From: a bacterium
Lineage (GTDB): Bacteria; UBA8248
NCBI GenBank assembly: GCA_965203325.1
Contig: OZ241875.1
Coordinates: forward strand, 3,520,001-3,584,000
Direction: 5' to 3'
Length of the DNA: 64,000 bases
Shown: positions 50,971-58,867 of the stretch, in pieces
Layout of the letters: every line of letters starts with the position of its first letter
Position numbering within the stretch: position 1 is the stretch's first letter
The notes under the pieces: model-generated
Databases searched by the model: none
What the model was told of the DNA's origin: nothing
What the model saw: only the letters and a program-made list of their open reading frames with translations
Translations under genes and position numbers: made by a program

Positions 50971-52495
50971 GGGTCTGTTGAAAAACCCTTGGTTTTGTGA
51001 TCGTATGGAGTTATCCCGACTCGCCCGAGATGGGAGTTCCCTTGATGATGGGCAGCAGGAGGCGCGAGCAGCTGGACTTGTTCGTGGCCGGTTCCATGGA
51101 GCAGTTGATTCCCGAAGATCACATATTGCGCCAGGTGAACCGCGTGCTGGATTTGAGCTGGCTTCGCGAGGAGGTGGCGGCGTGCTATTGCGCGGACAAC
51201 GGTCGACCGGGTCTGGACCCCGAGGTGGTGGTTCGGCTGATGCTGGCGGGCCTGCTGCTGGGCTACGCGCAGGACCGCCGCCTGCTTCGCGAGGCGCAGG
51301 CGCATCTGGCGATCCGGTGGTTCATCGGGTACGGGCTGCACGATGAGTTGCCGGATCATTCGAGCCTGACGCGTATCCGCCAGCGGTGGGGGGAGGAGCG
51401 GTTCAAGGAGATATTGCGCCGCACGGTTCAGTCTTGCGTGGAGGCGAAGGTGGCGAAGGGGGAAGTGGTGCACATGGACGCTTCGTTGATACGTGCGGAC
51501 GTGAGTTGGGCGAGTCTGGCGGAGCGCCACGCGGAGAAGGTGGTGCGGGAGAACGACTCGGCGGATGAGACGGAGAAGAAGGGCAAAGGCCGGGGCGGCG
51601 GGGGTTCGGGTCCGGTGAGCCGTACGGACCCGGACGCTCGCCTGGCGCGCAAGAGCGCTCGGGCGGGGTTCGAGCCGAGCTACAAGCACCACGCGGTGGT
51701 GGACGATGAGCGGGGCGTTGTCCTCGACGTTGCGGTGACGGAGGGGACGTTGAACGAGCGGGAGATGATGGAGCCGCAGTTGGATGCGGTTTGCGAGCTC
51801 ACGGGGCGCGCGCCCGGGGTGGTGACGGCGGATTCGGGCTATGCGTACTCGAAGGTGTACGGCGCATTGGAGCGTCGGGGGGTGGACGCGGTGATACCGG
51901 CGAAGAAGGAGCCTTCCCAGAGCCGGGTGCCGTTGCAGCTGTTCCGCTACGATGAGCGTCACAAGGTGGTGAAGTGTCCGGGGGGCAAGACGCTGCGCCC
52001 CCGGAAGGAGACGGAGCGGGGTCGCTACTATGTATCGAGGACGCGCGATTGCGCGGGCTGCGCGCTCAAGGCCGATTGTCTGTCGAAGTCCCGCACGAGC
52101 AGGACGGTGCTGGTTCCGCATGAGTATCCGGCGCTGTTACGCGCGCGCCGTCGCCACACGCGCCGTGGGGAGGAGGAGGGTCGGCTGTGGCGCCGGCACA
52201 TGGGTCGCTCGGAGGGCTACCACGGCGAGGCGAAGAGTTGGCACGGACTGGGGCGGGCGGTGCGCCGGGGCCTTGCGAACATGAGGATCCAGGCCTACCT
52301 GACGGCGACTGCGGTGAACCTCAAGCGGCTCGCCGCCGCTTTTGCGGCGAGTATATTCGCTCTGTGGAGGGCCTGCGCCGCCTTGAGACGCCGAGTGCGC
52401 GTTCCTCTCGGCCTCGCGCGCCGATTGGGCTTCCTATCCCAAGCCGCGTGAGCCGCCATTCAGCCCGCACCAAAACGGGGTTTTTCAACAGCCCC
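50971..52495 (+). mobile_element. IS1182-family insertion sequence, copy 3
   Basis: GGGTCTGTTGAAAAA / TTTTTCAACAGCCCC; CTCAA direct repeats at 50966-50970 and 52496-52500. Confidence 0.93.
51045..52451 (+). CDS. IS1182-family DDE transposase
   Basis: Near-identical to copies 1 and 2; intact frame. Confidence 0.93.
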   Translation: MMGSRRREQLDLFVAGSMEQLIPEDHILRQVNRVLDLSWLREEVAACYCADNGRPGLDPEVVVRLMLAGLLLGYAQDRRLLREAQAHLAIRWFIGYGLHDELPDHSSLTRIRQRWGEERFKEILRRTVQSCVEAKVAKGEVVHMDASLIRADVSWASLAERHAEKVVRENDSADETEKKGKGRGGGGSGPVSRTDPDARLARKSARAGFEPSYKHHAVVDDERGVVLDVAVTEGTLNEREMMEPQLDAVCELTGRAPGVVTADSGYAYSKVYGALERRGVDAVIPAKKEPSQSRVPLQLFRYDERHKVVKCPGGKTLRPRKETERGRYYVSRTRDCAGCALKADCLSKSRTSRTVLVPHEYPALLRARRRHTRRGEEEGRLWRRHMGRSEGYHGEAKSWHGLGRAVRRGLANMRIQAYLTATAVNLKRLAAAFAASIFALWRACAALRRRVRVPLGLARRLGFLSQAA

Positions 52496-52537
52496 CTCAA
52501 GGGGGGAGTGATTACGGACTGGCGCGGTGGTTCTGTG

Positions 52538-52622
52538 AGGACAGGCACGGAGGCCTGTCCCTACGGTAAACAATGCGATGATCGGGATGCCCTCCCCGAC
52601 GAGGGACTTCTCCAACACCCCC
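52538..52622. repeat. REP module plus degenerate terminal repeat
   Basis: 52538-52597 closely matches 31928-31987; TTCTCCAACACCCCC end abuts the TauE stop codon. Confidence 0.75.
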
Positions 52623-53375
52623 TCACATCTTCCCCATGACGAACTTGATCACCAGGCTCGTGGCGATGAGGAACAGGGCGACCCGGATGAGCCTGAAGAA
52701 AAGCGCCTGGTCGATGTGCTCGCGGACGCGGATGCCCGCCCAGTACCCGACATAGACGGGGATGATCGCCAACAGTGCGTTCGTGAAGCGCGGTTTCGTA
52801 TAAAAGCCCTGGAGCCAAAGGCTCAGAATGATGACGCACATGCCCGTCGAGTTGAACGCGTTCATCAGGAAGATGAACGGGTTTTTCGCCAGCCTGAGCA
52901 TGCTGAAGTAAATGATGTTGATGGCGCCGCTGATGGTCGTCGTCCCGTAGACGAAACCCAGCGTCGCTCCCATGAGGGCGCCCACGATTCTCTGAAAGCC
53001 CGCGCCCAGCTCCTTGAAGAAGCCCAGGCGGCTCTCCACGAGCAGGTAGATATAGGCCATGACCCCCATCATCAGGCGGATGAAGTCGGGGTCACCGAAC
53101 CCCAGGAACCACACGCCCACCGGCATGAACGCCATGGCGACCAGGAGATACAGCCATATCTCCCGGATAGAGCGCCACTCGGAGCGGAGGCGGTAGGTGT
53201 CGGTGAAGTTGGAGATGAGGAGCGGGAGCGCGAGCAGGGTGACGATTTCCTTCGGCGCGATGAAGAGCGCGAGAAGCGGGGCGGCCACCAGCGGCGTGCC
53301 GAAGCCGATGGAGCCCTTCACGAATCCCCCGAAAAAGAGGACGCAGACGACGATGGCGATTTCTATGTCGCTCAT
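52623..53375 (-). CDS. TauE/SafE-family membrane exporter
   Basis: GGFVKGSIGFG, multi-TM, GYWAGIRVRE. Confidence 0.88.
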   Translation of the reverse strand: MSDIEIAIVVCVLFFGGFVKGSIGFGTPLVAAPLLALFIAPKEIVTLLALPLLISNFTDTYRLRSEWRSIREIWLYLLVAMAFMPVGVWFLGFGDPDFIRLMMGVMAYIYLLVESRLGFFKELGAGFQRIVGALMGATLGFVYGTTTISGAINIIYFSMLRLAKNPFIFLMNAFNSTGMCVIILSLWLQGFYTKPRFTNALLAIIPVYVGYWAGIRVREHIDQALFFRLIRVALFLIATSLVIKFVMGKM

Positions 53376-53532
53376 GTGAATCTCAAGGAAAAAGAGGGGA
53401 GTCTATCCCGATACGCGGCGCAAGGCGTGCCCGGCCGGGAACAGGTGAGCGTGTGGACGAACGCACGGATTCTTTCCGTCACGCGCCATGGCGGGTTTTC
53501 CCGGGTCGTTCTCCGTTCCTGTAAAACCCGCC

Positions 53533-54339
53533 TCACCCCGCGATGTCTTCGCCTCCGTCGACGCGGATCAGATCGCCCGTCATCCACTGCGTGCCGGAAG
53601 CGGCGAGCGTCGCGATGGCGTCGGCCACTTTCTGCGGCGTCGTCAGTTCCCCGTGCGGGTTGATTTTCTTCGTGCCCTCGATCATCTCGGCGTTTCCCGG
53701 GATCTTGCGGAGGGCGGGCGTGTCCGTGACGCCGGCCTGGATGCTGTTCGCCGTGATGCCCTTTGGCGCGAGTTCGACGGCGAGCTGGCGGATGTGGCTC
53801 TCGAGCGCGGCCTTGGCCGCCGACACGGCGCCGTAGGTCTTCCAGATGCGGTGTCCGCCCGCGCTCGTCATGGCGTAGATGCGGCCCCCGAAGCCCATGA
53901 GGCCGCGCCGCACGAGCGCCTGGCTCCAGTAGACGAGGCTGTTCGCCATGACGTCGAGCGTCATCTCGAGCTGCCTGGGGGTGATGGCGTCTTTCTCCTC
54001 ATCGGCGATGTAAGGCTTGAGCGTGCCGAAGGCCAGGCTGTGCAGGAGGATGCGCACCGCGCCCGCCGCGTTCCCGCCCAGGTGCTCCCCGATCTGGTCC
54101 AGAACGCTCTCGCGTTCCTCGTGGCCCGCCGCGTTCACGTTGAAATAGAGCGATTCCGCGCCGTTCGTCCTGATCTGCTCCCGGATGCGCTCGACGTTGG
54201 GCAGCGTGGCCTTTCTATCGAGGTGGACGCCCAGGATGTTCACGCCCAGGCTCGATAGCTTGAGGGCGTTCGCCTCTCCAAAGCCGCTGCTCGCTCCCAG
54301 AATGAGCGCCCAGCTTCCCGCCAGATCCGAGTTCGACAC
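53533..54339 (-). CDS. SDR oxidoreductase (FabL-like enoyl-ACP reductase)
   Basis: LGASSGFG, YGAVSAAK (Yx6K), ANSIQAGVTDT. Confidence 0.85.
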   Translation of the reverse strand: MSNSDLAGSWALILGASSGFGEANALKLSSLGVNILGVHLDRKATLPNVERIREQIRTNGAESLYFNVNAAGHEERESVLDQIGEHLGGNAAGAVRILLHSLAFGTLKPYIADEEKDAITPRQLEMTLDVMANSLVYWSQALVRRGLMGFGGRIYAMTSAGGHRIWKTYGAVSAAKAALESHIRQLAVELAPKGITANSIQAGVTDTPALRKIPGNAEMIEGTKKINPHGELTTPQKVADAIATLAASGTQWMTGDLIRVDGGEDIAG

Positions 54340-54499
54340 GTCTTTCTTCTCCTATTCAGGCTGCGGTTCGTCGCGTTTTCATTGTTTATAGCACATCCGG
54401 GAGGGATTGGGGGTCAGCACCGAGTGAGGAGGGAGGGCTGCTTGACTTGAAAGGGGCCGTTCACGAACGGCCCCCGCAAGACCCCTGCAAAACGAGGGG

Positions 54500-54650
54500 T
54501 AGCGGGCGGAACAGTTCGCCCGCCTCGTCGTCGCGCCCCAAGGTGAACAGGGCCCCCGCGCGGTCGAGCCGGACCCGGAGGTTGTCCGGGCGCTCCCCGG
54601 CGAGCCGCGCCAGCATCTGTTCCGCCTGCGCGAAGCGCCCGCCCCACTGC
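54500..54650 (-). pseudogene. TPR-like fragment, possibly a Slam/DUF560 N-terminal remnant
   Basis: AQAEQMLARLAGERPDNLRVRLDRAGALFTLGRDDEAGELFR; no credible start; ends at palindromes 54453-54500. Confidence 0.45.
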
Positions 54651-55085
54651 CGACGGGGCGCGCCGTGTGAACGACCCGCCGGCGCGCGCGGCTTTCCGCA
54701 TTGCATGGCTTCCCGCTGCTTCCTATACTGCCGCCCGGTCGTCGCGCGGCGGTTCGGGGCCTGTCTCCGCAAGTGCGCGGCGGGCGCTGTCATTCAAGCG
54801 CCGCTCGGGCTAAACGCCGGTTGCACAACGGCTTTCATCGCCCAACGGGTTGAGCGGCCAGGAAGCGCGATTGGGACGCCATTCTGCGCGTTGGTTTCAC
54901 AGCCGACGCATCGATTCATTTCATTTGCTCGATGCCTGCCCGCAATCCACGACGTGAAGCATTCTGCGAGAAACGATACGAGTTCCGTGACGATTCCGAA
55001 CCGGCTCAGAAGGGTCTGTAATCAAGCCGCAAGCGGATTCATTCAAACCTCCGCGCGCCCGGGGGGGCCGTGTCGGTGCAAGCTA

Positions 55086-57368
55086 CTATGTATCGCCGGG
55101 TTTGGGCATCGTGTAGCCGACGCCGCGCACGTTGTGGATGTAGGAGGGCTGTGCGGGGTCGTCGCCGAGCTTCCGGCGCAGCTTCTTCACGAAGTTGCGC
55201 ACCGCCTGTACGCTCGCGTCCTCGCGCCTTGACCACACCCGGCGCAGCAGCGCGTCGTGGGTCACCACCCGCCCGGCGTTCACCGAGAGCGCGCGCAGCA
55301 GTTCGTACTCGGTGGCGGTGAGCTCCACGGGGCGGCCGCCGACGCTCACGAGCCGCCGCTCGTAGTCGATGGCGAGATCGCCGAGCGCGAAGGGCTCGGC
55401 CCCCTCGCGGCTTCTGAGCGCGGCTCCGACCCGCGCGGTGAGCTCCGCGGCGGAAAACGGCTTGACGACGTAGTCGGCCGCACCCGCCTCGAGCGCGCGC
55501 ACGACGGTCTCCTCTCTCCCGTAGCCCGAGATGAAGATGACCGGCAGGTCGGAGAACTCGGGCGTCTCGCGCATGAGATCGACCCCGTCGCGGCCGGGCA
55601 GCATCAGGTCGAGGAGCACGAGGTGCGGCTTTATCGTCCGGACGAGGCGCGCCGCCTCCTCCGGCTCGCCCGTCACGTGCACCGTGTAGCCGGCGCCTGT
55701 GAGCGCCTCGCGGACGTGGCGCAGCGTCTCGGGGTCGTCGTCCACCACCAGGACGGAAGCGGGTTCGCGCGCTCCGCCGTCCGCGCGCGGCCGGCCCGCT
55801 GCCGCCTCCTCCGCCGCCGGGAGGGTGAAGGTGAAGCGCGCGCCCATGCCCGGCCCCGCGCTCTCGGCCCGGATGCGGCCCCCGTGCGCCTCTACCAGCC
55901 CCCGGCAGATGACGAGCCCCAGGCCGAACCCCGCTGCATCGGGATCGCCTGCCTCGGCGTAGCGCCGGAACAGGTGGGGCAGGCGCTCGGGCGCGAAGCC
56001 CCGGCCCTCGTCGGCAACCCACAGCGCCACGCCCGCGTCCTCGCGCGCGGCGCCCACCTCGATGGGCGAGGACTCGGGAGAATGCCGCGCCGCGTTGGCG
56101 ATGAGGTTGTTCAGCACCTGCACGATCCGCCGCTCGTCCGCCATCACGCGCGGGAGGTCGGGCGCCAGGTCGACGCGCAGCGTCCGGCGGCCACCGCCGG
56201 CAAGGAACGTCGTCCGCGCCTGCTCGATCAGCGCCGCCGCCTCCACGGCTCCCGTGTCGACAGAGAGCGCGCCCGCGTGGATGTGCCCCGCATCCAGCAG
56301 GTCGCCGATCAGGTCCTGCATCTGGTCGGCCCCCCCGTCGATGAGCCGGACGAACTGGCGCGTCTCGGCGCGGTCGAGCGGGCGCGAAGCGTTCAGAAGC
56401 GCCGCCGCCGAGCCCTTGATCGAAGCCAGCGGCGCGCGAAGCTCGTGGCTCACCATGCCCAGGAACTCGATACGCAGGCGCTCGAGCTCCTCGAGCGGCG
56501 CCAGGTCCTGGAACGTCACCACCACCGATTCGACCTCGTCCTCAGTGCGGATCGGCGTCGTATTCACCAGCGCCCGGACACTGCGCTCCCCGGGGCCCGA
56601 GAGCTCGACCTCCGCACCTCGCAGCCTCTCGGCGTCCTTCAGATCCGCGAGCGTGACCTCGCGGCCGTCCGCGAGCCGCGCGGTGACCTCCCCGAGCACG
56701 TCCGCCCCGCTGCTCCCCGGCAGGCCCAGCGCCTCCACCATGCGGCGGGCTTCCAGGTTCAGGGCCGCGGGCTCCGACGTCCGCGCGTCGAACACCGCCA
56801 CCCCCACCGGCGAGGTCTCCACCAGGGCTTCGAGGCCCGCCCGCGCGCGGCGCTCCTCGCGGTGCGCGCGGGCGTTCGCGATCGCCCCCGCCGCCTGGGA
56901 GGCGAAGAGCACCAGCAACTCCTCGTCCCCGTCCGTGAAGCCCCCACCCCCCTCCTTGTCCCCCACGAAGAAGTTCCCCATGTGCGCGCCACGGTGGCGC
57001 ATCGGCGTGCCCTGGAAGGTCCGGCAAAGGCCCAACTCGGGCGATAGCCCCAGCGAGCGGACGTGAGCGGGAAAATCCTCCACCCGCAGCGGCGCCTCCT
57101 GGTCGCGCAGGTACTCGAACAGCACGAGCCCGTCGGGCAGGCAGTTCGTCAAACGCTGCACGTCTTCCGTGCTCAGCCCTGAGGTGACGAACTCCCTGGG
57201 CCCGCCCGACTCGTCCACCGTGGTGATTATCCCCAGGCGCGCCCCGGTGAGCGCGCGGGCGCCCTCGACCACCTCGGTGAGCACGGTCTCGGGCTCCAGG
57301 CTCGCGGTGATCCGCCCGAGCGCCGCGCACAGACGCGAGATGCGTCCCGCCTCTTCGCTTCCGTCCAT
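55086..57368 (-). CDS. Soluble hybrid sensor-regulator: GAF-PAS-HisKA-HATPase-REC-OmpR winged helix
   Basis: VSHELRAPL, NLIANA, GLGL, VVDDD/LLDLMLP/KPF, LTATEYELL...RGVGY. Confidence 0.92.
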   Translation of the reverse strand: MDGSEEAGRISRLCAALGRITASLEPETVLTEVVEGARALTGARLGIITTVDESGGPREFVTSGLSTEDVQRLTNCLPDGLVLFEYLRDQEAPLRVEDFPAHVRSLGLSPELGLCRTFQGTPMRHRGAHMGNFFVGDKEGGGGFTDGDEELLVLFASQAAGAIANARAHREERRARAGLEALVETSPVGVAVFDARTSEPAALNLEARRMVEALGLPGSSGADVLGEVTARLADGREVTLADLKDAERLRGAEVELSGPGERSVRALVNTTPIRTEDEVESVVVTFQDLAPLEELERLRIEFLGMVSHELRAPLASIKGSAAALLNASRPLDRAETRQFVRLIDGGADQMQDLIGDLLDAGHIHAGALSVDTGAVEAAALIEQARTTFLAGGGRRTLRVDLAPDLPRVMADERRIVQVLNNLIANAARHSPESSPIEVGAAREDAGVALWVADEGRGFAPERLPHLFRRYAEAGDPDAAGFGLGLVICRGLVEAHGGRIRAESAGPGMGARFTFTLPAAEEAAAGRPRADGGAREPASVLVVDDDPETLRHVREALTGAGYTVHVTGEPEEAARLVRTIKPHLVLLDLMLPGRDGVDLMRETPEFSDLPVIFISGYGREETVVRALEAGAADYVVKPFSAAELTARVGAALRSREGAEPFALGDLAIDYERRLVSVGGRPVELTATEYELLRALSVNAGRVVTHDALLRRVWSRREDASVQAVRNFVKKLRRKLGDDPAQPSYIHNVRGVGYTMPKPGDT

Positions 57369-57707
57369 CGTTCCCCTCCAAGGCAGAAAACAGAAAAATA
57401 CACGTTAACGGCATAAAAGTAAAGATAACGGATACGTTCATGATATGCGGCTCTGGTATGATGAAACAACCGTTCCACCAGAGGGCAGGACCCGGAAAAT
57501 GAGACATCGCGTGGAGAAGTTGGCGGGGCTTGCGACCGGTGGCGCGATCAGGCATTCAGGCGTCGGGCGCCATGGCAGGGAGTTTGCGCTGGAATCGTGT
57601 CCATCCGTCTACGTAGACGGCTACGAGCAAAAGGCCCGCCCTCACGATCGGGAATTGGCGGACCTCTACATCCGGCATACCACTATGGTTCAGATGGGGG
57701 GATTGAC

Positions 57708-58712
57708 GTGAAAAACATTCCTGTGCTGCTCGTGATGATGCTTGCGCTTACCGCCTGCATGGGAAGCGGCGGCGGCAGCAGCCCGCCGGCCGAAGACCGT
57801 ATTCAGCTTGAGAGGAATACCGAGTTCGACGGCGAAAGCTTAAGGTTTTTCATCAGTCTGGACGATGGAACCGAGGAATCCGTCAACACGACCGACGATG
57901 TTTACGCCTCAGGGCCCGGGGCAACGCCCATACCCGGCCACCAGGCGAGGACCTGGACGTTCCTCAAGATCACGGATGACGCCACGTCGGTAGCCCACGC
58001 CCTGGTGAGCTGGGACCCGGACGACCCGTCGGACTACCTCATGGCCGGCTGGTGGGCGCGGTTCCCCGACCAGGAGCCGCCGCTTTCGTTCAAGGATTTT
58101 ATGCCGTTCGGGATTATCGACGGTCCGGAACTCGACCATGGCGTCGTGCCGCAGTTGCCGATCGACGGAACGGCCTCATACGCGGGTCCGGCCGGGGGGC
58201 TCTATGCATACGTGTTCGGTAGCGACTGGGGAGAGAATGAGGGCGAATTCGTGATCGAGGAATACCAGGGGGCGGTCACCTTGGCCGTTGACTTCGCGGA
58301 CGGCACCCTGAAGGGCTGCATCGGGTGCGTGGGCGATCTCGTTACGCAGCGCGGGCATTTCGGCGTTTTCCTCGGCCAGGAGGTGAGCGACGTGCAGGGG
58401 ATCGTCAAGGACTACGAACTCCACCTCGCCACGGCGATTATCAGGGAAGACGGCATGTTCGATCGAGACAGGGTGACGTTGAAACACCCGGAGCGGACCG
58501 TCACGCTAGCGGAGGGGTTCTGGGGCGGGGCCCTTTCCAGCCGTCAGGACACGGACGGGAACCCTCGGCTGGTGATGGGCTTCAGCGGCGTCGTTTTCGA
58601 GGAGAGCGACGGCAGCAGAGGCGAGTTCGTCGGGTCTTTCCTGGCGCTGAGCGAGCGGTTCAGGGAGAGCGGGGTGTCCCGTTTCCCTCCCCCTCCTGAA
58701 AATGGCAACTGA
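57708..58712 (+). CDS. Lipoprotein with TbpB-like C-terminal barrel features
   Basis: Lipobox LTAC then GSGGGSS; GTASYAGPAGG, VTLAVDF, WGG, FVGSF. Confidence 0.65.
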   Translation: MKNIPVLLVMMLALTACMGSGGGSSPPAEDRIQLERNTEFDGESLRFFISLDDGTEESVNTTDDVYASGPGATPIPGHQARTWTFLKITDDATSVAHALVSWDPDDPSDYLMAGWWARFPDQEPPLSFKDFMPFGIIDGPELDHGVVPQLPIDGTASYAGPAGGLYAYVFGSDWGENEGEFVIEEYQGAVTLAVDFADGTLKGCIGCVGDLVTQRGHFGVFLGQEVSDVQGIVKDYELHLATAIIREDGMFDRDRVTLKHPERTVTLAEGFWGGALSSRQDTDGNPRLVMGFSGVVFEESDGSRGEFVGSFLALSERFRESGVSRFPPPPENGN

Positions 58713-58867
58713 TCGATAGACGTGCTTTTTCAGCAAAGCGCGCGCGCAGGCGTTGGAGCGCGCATTTCGGCTTCTCACTCGCGCCGGACACGAACATCGC
58801 CGCTGTGTCGGACTCGGAGATCATCCAAAGCGGCAGGTGAACGAAGAAGTCGCGGGGAGGCAAGAGA

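Noticed and set aside
50764..51000. 68-aa ORFs between IS copies 2 and 3 as composite-transposon cargo
   Set aside because: They consist of IS ends and repeat arms and have no ribosome-binding site or motif
47699..52121. Long Arg/His-rich ORFs opposite the transposases
   Set aside because: Shadow frames that recur only because the IS recurs
58724..58740. GCTTTTTCAGCAAAGC as another IS-type end
   Set aside because: Too degenerate, and no partner end or duplication was found
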